The notes beneath the pieces were generated by a model that was not told where the DNA came from, did not search any database, and worked only from the letters and a program-made list of their open reading frames with translations. Source: a virus. Taken from it: a stretch of DNA of 64,000 bases. Location of the stretch: positions 1-64,000 of the IMG/VR virus record IMGVR_UViG_3300023174_007844; one strand, written 5' to 3'. Below are positions 45,273 through 54,748 of this stretch, piece by piece. Made by a program: the position numbers and the translations under genes. The number at the start of each line of letters is the position of its first letter. Positions within the stretch are counted from its first letter, which is position 1.

Positions 45273-47972
45273 CTATAATAATTTAACATCAGGGAAGCTT
45301 GTCAATACCTCAAATCCCATGTTGTCCCAGTGTCTTTCATCAGCAAAAGGTCTGAAATTAATCCAATATGAGTTTTCAGGACCATAAGTTCTAACTTCAC
45401 CAATTTCATTCCATGTATGGTAGATCAAGTGAGCAAAATTAACATTTATATCTTCGAATGGAAAATCAACTGGCAAAGTAGAATCAGCTACTAAATAACC
45501 ATCTTCAATTGCCACCACTCTATTTTTGGATATATATAAGTCAAATTGTGATCGTCTATCCAATCCTTGCCAAGTTCTATTTAATGGCTCGTTTAATCTT
45601 TGAACACTAGGTCTGAAGAAAATATCACCTTCAAATAAACCTGTAGTTGGATTTTTTGAAGCTCTGTAAATTATTGCACCAGAACGAGTAGTACAATAAG
45701 CATCCATCAATTTTGTAAGTTTATTTTTTGAATCTTGACTTACCCACCAATAATCTGGGTTGAAATCAATATTATCTAATACTTTCAATGTGTCAGAAGT
45801 AAGTTCATACTCATTGACACCACCAAAGTCAGCAAATCTAATCCAAGTTGATCTAGGTACAGCTCCAGTATTCATAGTAAAAGCTGGAAATTTACCATTG
45901 TCATTAAAATTAGCAGTCCATTTTATTTCAGTAAAAGAAGGTTGATCATTAATAGAATTCACTTTGAATGTACCAACTTTATATTCAGTGCGATAATCAA
46001 CTCTTCTATAAGGCGCTGGTAAATTCCAAGGGGCACTATCTCTTCCAGCAAATTTTACTGGAATATTGTAAGATTTTCTAGAGCCATCTGGATTATAACC
46101 AGTGTCTACATTCATATTGTAACTGTTAGCATTTATTGCCCATCTGAATAATTTACCAGATAATGTATTTTGTGCAATTTTGTCAGCTGCTTTACCAGAA
46201 TATACTACTTCTCCAGCAGGCAACAAAAGAATATCACACCATCTTCTGCCACTAAAATGGGGATCAACTTCAAATGTCAGGTGTAATACTTTGCCACCAG
46301 ATATATTTGCAGTTTTCTTCGGGCTCATCAGCATCACGCCATTACTAACGTGTGATGGAGTTGATGATTGACCCAAGGTTCCACCATCATATATAGTGTC
46401 CATAAAGTGAGAACCCATTAAGAATACGGTTGAAGCAGATGTATCAAGATCATCTAAGAAGAATGACCATTTATCGTTTTCATACCATCTTAAAATGACA
46501 TCACTTTTGTTCCAATATTGCCAATTTCTTCCAAATCTTTGTTCTACTACATCTAACTTTTGTGGCATTTGAACAATCGGTTGGAAGTTTCTAAAGTTGT
46601 CAAAGAATACTTGTTCACCAGCTAAAGTTTTTTGAATTGTGGTTACTTTATATGGTGCTGATTTTGTAAGTACTATTGGATTATTAGATGGATCTCCGTG
46701 ACCATTTACTCCAGCATGAACTTCACCACTTGGACCACTTGCACCAGGACCTATCACGCCATCAATTTGTTGATATGGACCAAACTTATCTAATGCTTCA
46801 ACAATAAGATTATATGATTGGTTGCTTGTCAAACCATTCATTTCAACCATATTATAGCCTGAAGAATATTTAACAGTATTTGGATTATTTTCTACATAAA
46901 CTTTATAGTCTGCAGCACCAGGAACCAAATCAAATTTTACAACAACACTGTCATCGTTTGGAGTGTATCCTGTAATATTAACAGGAGTTGAAATTGGATC
47001 TGGTGGACCAAATCTTGTTATTATATCTGCTGCTGGGCCAAATGTTTCTTGCACTGTAAAATGATTTTTATTCACAGAAGCAACAACATATCTGTAAGTT
47101 TTGCCAGATATTACATCTTTGTCTATGTAATATTGAGACCATAAATTGGCTGCAATTAAAGTTCCATCTCTGTAAATATTATATGCATTTGGAGAGTCCT
47201 GGCCATTAATTTGTTGATCTTGCCACTTTATGAAATTTCTTGGCTTTCCATTATTCCATTCAGGGACAGCAACATATTTGCCAGGAGTTGATGGAGGTCT
47301 AGTAGTCCATCCGAAATTATAGTTAGGAGCAAATTCACCTCTTGCTAAACTTAAAGCAGAAGGCAAAGATTCTAATCCATTTTTATCAACTGCGGTAACT
47401 GTATATGTCCAGCCTTCACCAAACACCAATTGACTTACTGTAAATGAATTAGTATTCGAAGAACCAATTTTTTGACTGTATCTGTAAATATTGTAGGATA
47501 CAGCTTCAGGACTAGGATCCCAAACTAACTGATCATAAGCACCATTATTCCACAAACCAAATGTTCGTAAATTGACAGGAGCTTCGGGATTCTTCAGAAC
47601 TAATAATGGAATAATTGCAGTGGAAACATTTGACATCTGCAAAAAACCAGATGGTACAACACCACAAACATAGTAATCCCATTTGTCACGGTATTTTACA
47701 TTTCTATCAATGAAAATATTCTCGTTATTTACAAGTTTCGCATAAGGCTTATAATAATCAGGTTTGGTACCTTGACCAACCTTATAAATAAAATAACGAG
47801 TGCATTTAGGTATTAAGTCCCATCTTAATTTGACGTGATAATTAGATGGAGTACCCACGCAGTAGCACAATTCTACTTGAGAAGAAAAATTCTTTACTTG
47901 TGGTGGTTTTTGAGCCCACGCACAGGAAACAAATGTGTATAAAAACACAAATAAAACAATAGCTTTCTTCAT
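45273..47972 (-). CDS. Large exported protein with multiple fibronectin type III-like domains
   Basis: Signal peptide MKKAIVLFVFLYTFVSCAWA-Q; repeated W...YNIYR...YxVxAVD/N FN3 patterns; SD GGAGG. Confidence 0.75.
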   Translation of the reverse strand: MKKAIVLFVFLYTFVSCAWAQKPPQVKNFSSQVELCYCVGTPSNYHVKLRWDLIPKCTRYFIYKVGQGTKPDYYKPYAKLVNNENIFIDRNVKYRDKWDYYVCGVVPSGFLQMSNVSTAIIPLLVLKNPEAPVNLRTFGLWNNGAYDQLVWDPSPEAVSYNIYRYSQKIGSSNTNSFTVSQLVFGEGWTYTVTAVDKNGLESLPSALSLARGEFAPNYNFGWTTRPPSTPGKYVAVPEWNNGKPRNFIKWQDQQINGQDSPNAYNIYRDGTLIAANLWSQYYIDKDVISGKTYRYVVASVNKNHFTVQETFGPAADIITRFGPPDPISTPVNITGYTPNDDSVVVKFDLVPGAADYKVYVENNPNTVKYSSGYNMVEMNGLTSNQSYNLIVEALDKFGPYQQIDGVIGPGASGPSGEVHAGVNGHGDPSNNPIVLTKSAPYKVTTIQKTLAGEQVFFDNFRNFQPIVQMPQKLDVVEQRFGRNWQYWNKSDVILRWYENDKWSFFLDDLDTSASTVFLMGSHFMDTIYDGGTLGQSSTPSHVSNGVMLMSPKKTANISGGKVLHLTFEVDPHFSGRRWCDILLLPAGEVVYSGKAADKIAQNTLSGKLFRWAINANSYNMNVDTGYNPDGSRKSYNIPVKFAGRDSAPWNLPAPYRRVDYRTEYKVGTFKVNSINDQPSFTEIKWTANFNDNGKFPAFTMNTGAVPRSTWIRFADFGGVNEYELTSDTLKVLDNIDFNPDYWWVSQDSKNKLTKLMDAYCTTRSGAIIYRASKNPTTGLFEGDIFFRPSVQRLNEPLNRTWQGLDRRSQFDLYISKNRVVAIEDGYLVADSTLPVDFPFEDINVNFAHLIYHTWNEIGEVRTYGPENSYWINFRPFADERHWDNMGFEVLTSFPDVKLL

Positions 47973-48017
47973 TTTCAACCTCCCCAGGTTTATTTTTTGG
48001 TTAGAGAGCTATTGTTT

Positions 48018-48045
48018 TATTCTTGATTTAATAGGGTGATACTTT
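48018..48045 (-). promoter_or_regulatory. Putative phage late promoter (AAAG-N18-AGAATA)
   Basis: Fixed spacing; upstream of the FN3 gene. Confidence 0.45.
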
Positions 48046-48292
48046 ATAAATTATTGAATTCTACCTCTTCATAAATCTCCCAAACAGGTCCAGCATTATT
48101 CAAAATATGCTGATGGAGACGGATAAATTCTTCCCAATTGTAATAAAATTCATTACCCATACTATCCATCAATTTTTCTTCAACACGATAGATATAATAA
48201 TCTTCAGGCCACTTTCTAGATCTTGTCTTCAATCCTAATGCAATTAATGGACGGGTAATTTGACTAAACAACTTCACGACTTTTCTCCACAA
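48044..48292 (-). CDS. Hypothetical protein (start uncertain)
   Basis: Operon position. Confidence 0.45.
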   Translation of the reverse strand: MWRKVVKLFSQITRPLIALGLKTRSRKWPEDYYIYRVEEKLMDSMGNEFYYNWEEFIRLHQHILNNAGPVWEIYEEVEFNNL

Positions 48293-48821
48293 TATGTTTC
48301 AAAACGATTGCAGCATTATAAGCATCCCAATAAGGATCGTGCTTCTCTCCAACAAACTTTAATCCCAACTCTGCCAAAGATCGTTCTAGCCCATTATTGT
48401 AAGGCTTTCCCATAACCAAACTATAGAGCAAAGATATATTTAAGTATTCATTAGAGAAAGGATATCTACATTGTTTCTCACGACATTCACTATACATTTT
48501 CTCATCATCATTACCCCAAGCAGCACAAGGTATAGATTTTGAGTTAAGATCTTTCATAACCATCTTGCACATATCACCAAAATCTTCGCCATTATCAGCT
48601 TGCTCTTTTGTAATTCCAGTGATTCTAGTGCAATATTCAGAAATTTCACTTCTTATGGGCTTGCAAACAATATTGAAATTGCCAGATATTTCTAAAGTTT
48701 TCATATCCAAAATGCAAGCCCCAAGAGCTATTACTTCACGATATTTATGAAAATTCTCCCGCCCTTCCCAACAAGTAGCTTCAAGATCAAATATTACAAT
48801 TCGATCACAATTGAAAGTCAT
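48264..48821 (-). CDS. DEDDh 3'-5' exonuclease (ERI-1/KapD-like)
   Basis: FDLEATCW, ISEYCTRITGI, WGNDD, HDPYWDA. Confidence 0.9.
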   Translation of the reverse strand: MTFNCDRIVIFDLEATCWEGRENFHKYREVIALGACILDMKTLEISGNFNIVCKPIRSEISEYCTRITGITKEQADNGEDFGDMCKMVMKDLNSKSIPCAAWGNDDEKMYSECREKQCRYPFSNEYLNISLLYSLVMGKPYNNGLERSLAELGLKFVGEKHDPYWDAYNAAIVLKHIVEKSREVV

Positions 48822-49434
48822 TAAGTAAATTTCCCATCTTCAAATCTGACAATATCCTATCATAATCCAAAGTGTTGTTTGCCCAATAACTATCACGGAA
48901 ATATTGAATAGAATCGTAATATTCTGCACGATCATCAAAGTGAATAATTACGGGACATTCTCCAACATCGTTTAATACCTTCTGTAACAACAATCTTCCA
49001 GTACGACCATTGCCATCTATGAAAGGATGAATTACCTCAAAGAAATGATGAATATACAAAGCAGCATCAAGAGGATTAACTACACCATTCTCAACTTCTT
49101 TCATTATGTCTTTGGCAAATTTGTACCATCGTTCCATAAGAGTAGGAATTATCATATGGTTTGGACATAATTCATGACCAATATAAACATCTTCTTTACG
49201 ATATTGCCCAGAACTATTTCTTTCCTCAAAATAAGGAATACCACGAGTGAGAAATCTATGAATGTCTAATGGAGTACTAGCATTTAATTCCCAGCCATCA
49301 GACAAAGCAAAATTCAAAGCCTGAAGATGATTATCATACATATGACAACCAGGATAATTACCCAGATAACCTGGCTGAGGATCAATCAAATTACTCTCAC
49401 AAATAAAAATATGTTTCCAAGATTTAACAAACAT
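48805..49434 (-). CDS. Fic-domain protein (AMPylase-type motif)
   Basis: Canonical HPFIDGNGRTGR. Confidence 0.93.
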   Translation of the reverse strand: MFVKSWKHIFICESNLIDPQPGYLGNYPGCHMYDNHLQALNFALSDGWELNASTPLDIHRFLTRGIPYFEERNSSGQYRKEDVYIGHELCPNHMIIPTLMERWYKFAKDIMKEVENGVVNPLDAALYIHHFFEVIHPFIDGNGRTGRLLLQKVLNDVGECPVIIHFDDRAEYYDSIQYFRDSYWANNTLDYDRILSDLKMGNLLNDFQL

Positions 49435-49464
49435 TTCTACACCTCAAAAGCTTAATATCATATA

Positions 49465-49492
49465 AAAGCAAACACAACAATATAACAGAATA
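49465..49492 (+). promoter_or_regulatory. Putative phage late promoter (AAAG-N18-AGAATA)
   Basis: Fixed spacing. Confidence 0.45.
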
Positions 49493-49540
49493 TATTAATG
49501 TGATACAAAATTTAAATCACAACTAGAGAAGGAGAAAATT

Positions 49541-49735
49541 ATGTCCATCTTATCAAACATATTAAAGAAAGCTGCCGGAGTACCAGAAGTTAATCTTAAT
49601 AAACTTCCATTTGCAAACAAAATTGTAGGAGACTGGGAAACTAAAAGCATGGAAGACCTTGTCAAACAACTTCCAAAAGAAACTATCCACAGACTTATCG
49701 ACGTTTGTAATAATGAACTTAAAACAAGAAGTTGA
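49541..49735 (+). CDS. Small hypothetical protein
   Basis: SD AAGGAG. Confidence 0.65.
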   Translation: MSILSNILKKAAGVPEVNLNKLPFANKIVGDWETKSMEDLVKQLPKETIHRLIDVCNNELKTRS

Positions 49736-49828
49736 AAATAGTTAGAAGATTATTTGTTTTCTTTGTAATCGGTTTCATCACTTATCTTTTATTATCAATG
49801 AAATAAAAGATTTATCTGGAGGGAAAGT

Positions 49829-49918
49829 ATGAACGACAAAGATAGAAAACGTGATGCTTTATTTGTAATCTTATATAGCATTATAGGATACTTGATTATT
49901 CTCATAGCAACAAGATAA
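49829..49918 (+). CDS. 29-aa membrane micropeptide (not in ORF track)
   Basis: SD GGAGGG; MNDKDRKRDALFVILYSIIGYLIILIATR. Confidence 0.45.
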   Translation: MNDKDRKRDALFVILYSIIGYLIILIATR

Positions 49919-49928
49919 TAATTTGTAA

Positions 49929-49956
49929 AAGGTTATAAATTATAAAATTATAAATA
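49929..49956 (+). promoter_or_regulatory. Putative phage late promoter (AAGG-N18-TAAATA), ATG 8 nt downstream
   Basis: Fixed spacing; leaderless geometry. Confidence 0.55.
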
Positions 49957-49964
49957 AATAAATT

Positions 49965-50993
49965 ATGTTAAGAATTTCTACATCTGCTTGTTTATCATAT
50001 GCTAAACTTTGTGACTCATATGGATATTATGAACAAGCAGATTTTTATGAAAATTTAGTAAATGTAAGATTGTCTCAATTAAATTACGATTACGAAAAAC
50101 AACCAGCTTGGATTAAGGAACAATCAGCTCCTGAAAAAGCTTTCTTTCAAACATTACAATATCCATATAAATTATTAGAAAAATCAAACGCTTCTGCAAA
50201 ACAAAAAGATCTCATAACAGATGCTGCGTTTGGTTCTATGGATGCGTTTGATGTAGCATTCACCTCTCCACAAGCAATTCAAGCTGCAAGAAAAGCAAAA
50301 GATTTAGCAACCTTAATAAAGAATAATCCAGCTGCAGCAGAATCTGCAAAAAAAGCAGCTACACAAATTTCCACCAAAATACCAATATTAAGTAAACTTA
50401 TTTCAATAACACCTTTTATAGGCGTTTTAATTAATCTTTATTTGTCAAGACAAGAGATAGCAAAATATTTTGACCTTATCAATAATGGAAAATTTGATGA
50501 AATTTGGAATGATCCTGAAGAAAGATCCAAATTTATTGAAATCGTAATAATGACAATTGCAGGTGCTTTAACACTACCTGTTGTTGCAGCTATACCTGTA
50601 TATGGACAAATTATGTTTGCCACAGGAACAGCTTTATATGCTGTTTCAAGCACACTTACTTTAGGTCGCACAGCTATTGACGCTTATTTAGTAGGTACAG
50701 GTGAAAAAAATTCTGTAACTGAAGCAATTAGTAAAGATGATTATTCTTTAGAACAAAATGAAATAGTTGGAATATTACAAGGCACAAGTCAAGATATTAA
50801 AGACGCTGTCAAAATTGCAGCAAAACACCTTAAAAATAACCCAGCAGCCAAATATATTGAAATTTTTGCATTACCTGAAATAAAAAATTATCCTTGGATA
50901 CAATCTCACAACACTCCCGAAGATAATCTCAAATATAATAAGTTTATGCAAATATTATCAATTTTAAGAAAATTATCTAAACGCTCTAAATAA
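49965..50993 (+). CDS. Leader-bearing protein with hydrophobic helices (putative virion/ejection protein)
   Basis: LCDSYGYYEQAD...RLSQ leader; internal hydrophobic segments. Confidence 0.7.
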   Translation: MLRISTSACLSYAKLCDSYGYYEQADFYENLVNVRLSQLNYDYEKQPAWIKEQSAPEKAFFQTLQYPYKLLEKSNASAKQKDLITDAAFGSMDAFDVAFTSPQAIQAARKAKDLATLIKNNPAAAESAKKAATQISTKIPILSKLISITPFIGVLINLYLSRQEIAKYFDLINNGKFDEIWNDPEERSKFIEIVIMTIAGALTLPVVAAIPVYGQIMFATGTALYAVSSTLTLGRTAIDAYLVGTGEKNSVTEAISKDDYSLEQNEIVGILQGTSQDIKDAVKIAAKHLKNNPAAKYIEIFALPEIKNYPWIQSHNTPEDNLKYNKFMQILSILRKLSKRSK

Positions 50994-51018
50994 AAAACCC
51001 CCAAGAGGGGGTTTTTTA
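50991..51018. terminator. Bidirectional terminator between convergent leader genes
   Basis: TAAAAAACCCCC-aaga-GGGGGTTTTTTA. Confidence 0.9.
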
Positions 51019-51019
51019 T

Positions 51020-52210
51020 TTAGAAAAGTTTTACTTCAAAATCTTCTTCTTCAGATGAATCTCTTGGGATTGTAAAACCATATGTTTTCATAACATATTG
51101 AATTAAATTGTTTGCAATATGTTCGCCCAAATCAATCAGAGCCATGTTATAAAGTTCTTTTTTTGTTATGCCTGGTTTTATAGATCCATTGTTTTTCTTT
51201 CTTGTTAAATATTTTTCCATAGTTTCAATAGGGGTATCAAACAATTTTGCTTTTTTTCTATCAGCATCAATTTCATTTGTTAAGCGCCCTACATTTGAAC
51301 CATCTGTGCCTGTTGCCTTTGGAGCATCAGGTTTTTGTTTTCCTTTCATTAAAGCTGCCGTACCAGCAGCTGAAGCACCAGAAAAAAGCAATGCTGTAAC
51401 TGCAGGACTCATAGTTCTCTTCCAAGGTCCCATGCTATACAAATAACTTCTCATAGGAATTGTGCTGTGTTGAAGTACTTGTTCAATCATATTGTCTGTA
51501 GTGAAAGAATTGTCATACAACATTCCTCTCAATTGCCTTTCGGAAGCAATACTAGCTTTGATTTGGTTTGCATTTTCCATATTTCTTGGAATTCCATACG
51601 TACTACAAACGTGATCTATTGCTGTTTCTATAAGTGCAACATGAGCATCTCTCATCTGAACAAGTTCATTTTCTAAAGGACTTACTAATTGTTCTCTTTC
51701 TCGTGGATGAGCTTCTAACCAATCATCAATTTCATCATCAGCTAAATGATGCATTCTCTTAATTTCTTCAATTCTAGTGTCGTAAAGAGTTTTCCATCTT
51801 GCATATAACTGTGGAAATTCTTTTTGCTTAGATTGGACTTGTCTGTAAGCTGGTTGTAGAGCATTGATGATGCGATCAATTAATCTTGAATTGCTTCTAC
51901 CAACCATTGGATTATGACCACTTACATTTTTTTCATCATCTAATAATTCCAAAACTTCATCATAATCAGGTACAGTTCTCATGCGATCTATAACATTTGG
52001 ACCTCTACTTAAATCACGTACTTGTCTTCTGGCCCTCGCTGATTCATCACCAACTCCACGTATTCTGTCAACAAATCTTCTCCAACCAGTTTGAAATGGA
52101 TTTTGAGCTTCTTTGATTAAGTTGTCAATTTTGTCAGCTGATTTATAATCTCCATCACGATCAGCTTCCATAGCCAATTTTATGTACTTGTTTAATTGAT
52201 TTTCTTGCAT
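51020..52210 (-). CDS. Leader-bearing protein (putative virion cargo)
   Basis: EADRDGDYKSADKIDNLIKEAQ leader; Ala/Gly hydrophobic segment. Confidence 0.75.
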   Translation of the reverse strand: MQENQLNKYIKLAMEADRDGDYKSADKIDNLIKEAQNPFQTGWRRFVDRIRGVGDESARARRQVRDLSRGPNVIDRMRTVPDYDEVLELLDDEKNVSGHNPMVGRSNSRLIDRIINALQPAYRQVQSKQKEFPQLYARWKTLYDTRIEEIKRMHHLADDEIDDWLEAHPREREQLVSPLENELVQMRDAHVALIETAIDHVCSTYGIPRNMENANQIKASIASERQLRGMLYDNSFTTDNMIEQVLQHSTIPMRSYLYSMGPWKRTMSPAVTALLFSGASAAGTAALMKGKQKPDAPKATGTDGSNVGRLTNEIDADRKKAKLFDTPIETMEKYLTRKKNNGSIKPGITKKELYNMALIDLGEHIANNLIQYVMKTYGFTIPRDSSEEEDFEVKLF

Positions 52211-52245
52211 AATGTATAGTCCTAAAATACAAACTCTCTTATTTT

Positions 52246-52273
52246 ATATTACAGAATATTTCTAACACACCTT
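52246..52273 (-). promoter_or_regulatory. Putative phage late promoter (AAGG-N18-TAATAT)
   Basis: Fixed spacing. Confidence 0.45.
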
Positions 52274-52291
52274 TTTAAGTATAAGAAAAGA

Positions 52292-53089
52292 ATGCATGAA
52301 TACTTAAATTTAGATTGTATTGAATATCTTAAAACACTTAAAGATAATTCCGTAGATCTCATTCTCACTGACCCTCCATACTTTATTGGATACGATGGAG
52401 GCAAAGGATGGGACACTCAATGGAATTCAGATCAAGAATATCTAGATTGGTGCGAAAAATGGACTAAAGAATGCGCTAGAATCTTAAAACCTAATAAAAT
52501 GATGTGTGTGTTTGGAACTTTAAAATACAATACATTCTTGCGCTATAGATTAGATATATTAGATAAACTACCAAACTTCTTTCAACAACCAGAAATTATA
52601 TGGTCTTACAATTGGGGAGGAAGAAGTAAAACAAATTTTGCTAGAAAACATGAGTATATTTGGTGCTACTCTAAAGAAAAAACTTTTACTTTTAATGCTG
52701 ACAATGTAAGAACTGAACGTAAACAAAAAGTAAACATTAGAACAGGTAAAGAATACGAACAAGGAACTATCCCAACCTGTGTATGGGAAAAGAACAATCA
52801 CACAACTAGCAAAGAATATTGTAATTGGCATCCCACTCAAAAACCAATTAGCATATTAGAAAGATTCGTTCAAGCATACACAAATCCAGGAGAAACAGTA
52901 TTAGATATATTTAATGGTGCTGGATCAACAATGATAGCATGTGAAAATACTGGACGAATCTTCAAAGGATGCGAAATAGATCCTGAATATTATGAAAAAT
53001 CAATTGCAAGATATACTACACTTACTGGAAAACAATATAACAATAACTTAATAAAAGTGCCAGGAAAGAAAACCAAAAATAAGGTATAA
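52292..53089 (+). CDS. Orphan N6A/N4C DNA methyltransferase (beta class)
   Basis: ILTDPPY (motif IV) precedes HPTQKP and LDIFNGAGST (motif I). Confidence 0.93.
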   Translation: MHEYLNLDCIEYLKTLKDNSVDLILTDPPYFIGYDGGKGWDTQWNSDQEYLDWCEKWTKECARILKPNKMMCVFGTLKYNTFLRYRLDILDKLPNFFQQPEIIWSYNWGGRSKTNFARKHEYIWCYSKEKTFTFNADNVRTERKQKVNIRTGKEYEQGTIPTCVWEKNNHTTSKEYCNWHPTQKPISILERFVQAYTNPGETVLDIFNGAGSTMIACENTGRIFKGCEIDPEYYEKSIARYTTLTGKQYNNNLIKVPGKKTKNKV

Positions 53090-53105
53090 AACCTATAGAG
53101 CATTG

Positions 53106-53137
53106 AAGCCCTATTCTATATTGAATAGGGCTTTTTT
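53106..53137 (+). terminator. Intrinsic terminator
   Basis: AAGCCCTATTC-tatatt-GAATAGGGCTTTTT. Confidence 0.8.
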
Positions 53138-53151
53138 ATTTGGGGGATCTT

Positions 53152-53391
53152 ATGAAAATTGACTTTGAAAAAATATTCTTTTACTTTATGCTAGTGATTG
53201 TTAGTGGTAGTATTGGATATGCACTCAAACCTGCAGAACCAGTTGACCAAAAAGAACTTGAAAGAAAATACCAAAATCAACAACAAGTATGTACAGCTGC
53301 TATGCATATGATGGCAGATTTTTCTAAAAAAAATTACTATCAACCCAAAACCAAAAAAGAATGGGCCATAGAAAGAATGATGAGCAGATGA
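53152..53391 (+). CDS. Small membrane-anchored protein
   Basis: N-terminal hydrophobic segment. Confidence 0.55.
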   Translation: MKIDFEKIFFYFMLVIVSGSIGYALKPAEPVDQKELERKYQNQQQVCTAAMHMMADFSKKNYYQPKTKKEWAIERMMSR

Positions 53392-53421
53392 CACTACTAG
53401 ACTTACAAATAAATTTATATA

Positions 53422-53451
53422 TTGACAACCTTACCAACCCTAAGGTAAAAT
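53422..53451 (+). promoter_or_regulatory. Sigma70-type promoter TTGACA-N18-TAAAAT
   Basis: Near-consensus; ATG 5 nt downstream opens a 29-aa hydrophobic ORF (53457-53546). Confidence 0.65.
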
Positions 53452-53575
53452 AAATTATGAAAGAACAACGCAAACTAATAGAAAGAATTTTTGGAATGGT
53501 AGTAGTAATTGCAACAATGATTATTCTCAAAGTAGCTTGCGATTAGATTTTTCTTTGGTATAATAGTTTTGATGG

Positions 53576-53857
53576 TGGCCAGTAGCACAATGGCAGTGCA
53601 TTTGACTGTGGATTGATAGCAGCTTATTAGAGTAATTTAATATAGAAAATTGTCGAAATTCAGTGAAAGCTAAGTCGAAAGATATGCCAACACTGAGCCA
53701 AGCCCGTAAGGGAAGGTGCAGAGACTATAATGACAACATCCTACTAGGTATTGCTAAGGATGATGGTATAGTCCAGACTACAAACAGATTTATCTGGTAG
53801 TGAAAACTATAGTAGTAAGTAATCAAAGGGTTGATAGTTCGAGTCTATCCTGGCCAG
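53576..53857 (+). tRNA. trnN: tRNA-Asn(GTT) interrupted by a group I intron
   Basis: Exon 1 53576-53609 and exon 2 53820-53857 splice to give acceptor TGGCCAG/CTGGCCA, anticodon arm TTTGA-CTGTTAA-TCAAA and T-loop TTCGAGT; TGGTATAAT promoter upstream; no CCA. Confidence 0.92.
53610..53819 (+). ncRNA. Group I self-splicing intron (210 nt, no ORF)
   Basis: 5' splice site after U with P1 CTGT/GCAG (U.G); P3 TTGTCG/TGACAA; P4 TTCAGTG/CACTGAG; P7 GACTA/TAGTC within R (GCAGAGACTA) and S (GGTATAGTCC); ends in omega-G. Confidence 0.92.
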
Positions 53858-53858
53858 T

Positions 53859-53892
53859 AAATAATCCTCATATTTATTTATGGGGATTATTT
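53859..53892 (+). terminator. Terminator-like hairpin after tRNA-Asn
   Basis: AAATAATCCTCATA...TATGGGGATTATTT. Confidence 0.65.
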
Positions 53893-53898
53893 GTTTTA

Positions 53899-53926
53899 AA
53901 GGGTATAATTGTATTTGATTCGAATA
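53899..53926 (+). promoter_or_regulatory. Putative late promoter (AAGG-N18-CGAATA) with an embedded TATAAT
   Basis: Both promoter types overlap upstream of the HNH gene. Confidence 0.45.
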
Positions 53927-53945
53927 AATTATTGGTAGTACAAAA

Positions 53946-54731
53946 ATGAATACTACCAAAGGAAATTTAGATATGAAAAAATGCAAAAAATGTGAAAATC
54001 AAATACCCACTAGGATATATTTAGAAGATAAACTGATTTTAACTAAAAATCGCTTATATTGCTTTGACTGTTCGCCTTTCAAACAACATAATTTAAAGCA
54101 AACACAAACAACTTCAGACAAACCTATAATGAATACTTGTCGTGTATGTCAAAAAGATTATCCTGCAGGGCATCATCAACATAAGAGTATTTGCAATACT
54201 TGTCGTACTACTAGTTCAAGACAAAATAAAAAAAGAAGAGCCGTTGAATATATGGGAGGCAAATGTATAGTTTGTAATTATGACAAATGTATTGCTGCAT
54301 TGCATTTTCATCATATAGAACCTCACGAAAAAGAATTTGGTTTTTCAAGCAATATGACCAAGCCATTTGAAGTTTTGCAAATTGAACTTAATAAATGCAT
54401 TATAGTTTGTTCAAATTGCCATTCAGAGATACACGCTGGCTTATTTGAGATAGATGAATATGTTGTTCTACAAAATGAAATCAGGCAAACTTACATTCCA
54501 GAAACAAAGCCAGTAGTAAATTATGCACCTGTTGTAAAGATTTCTAAAAGACCTGATAAAGAAACTTTAGAAAAACTTGTTTGGGAAATGTCTTGTGTCA
54601 AAATAGGCGAAATGTATGGCGTTAGTGATAATGCTGTAAATAAATGGTGTAAATTTTATGGTATCAAAAAACCTGGAAGAGGTGATTGGGAAAAAATAAA
54701 ATTTGGAAAGCTTGAAATACCAAAACATTAG
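53946..54731 (+). CDS. Free-standing HNH homing endonuclease with Zn ribbons and C-terminal HTH
   Basis: CxxC pairs; GGKCIVC...ALHFHH...ELNKCIIVCSNCHSEIH; IGEMYGVSDNAVNKWCK. Confidence 0.88.
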   Translation: MNTTKGNLDMKKCKKCENQIPTRIYLEDKLILTKNRLYCFDCSPFKQHNLKQTQTTSDKPIMNTCRVCQKDYPAGHHQHKSICNTCRTTSSRQNKKRRAVEYMGGKCIVCNYDKCIAALHFHHIEPHEKEFGFSSNMTKPFEVLQIELNKCIIVCSNCHSEIHAGLFEIDEYVVLQNEIRQTYIPETKPVVNYAPVVKISKRPDKETLEKLVWEMSCVKIGEMYGVSDNAVNKWCKFYGIKKPGRGDWEKIKFGKLEIPKH

Positions 54732-54748
54732 GGTATAATCCTTGTGAT

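Noticed and set aside
52292-53089. Restriction-modification system
   Set aside because: No adjacent endonuclease; the methylase is monocistronic with its own terminator
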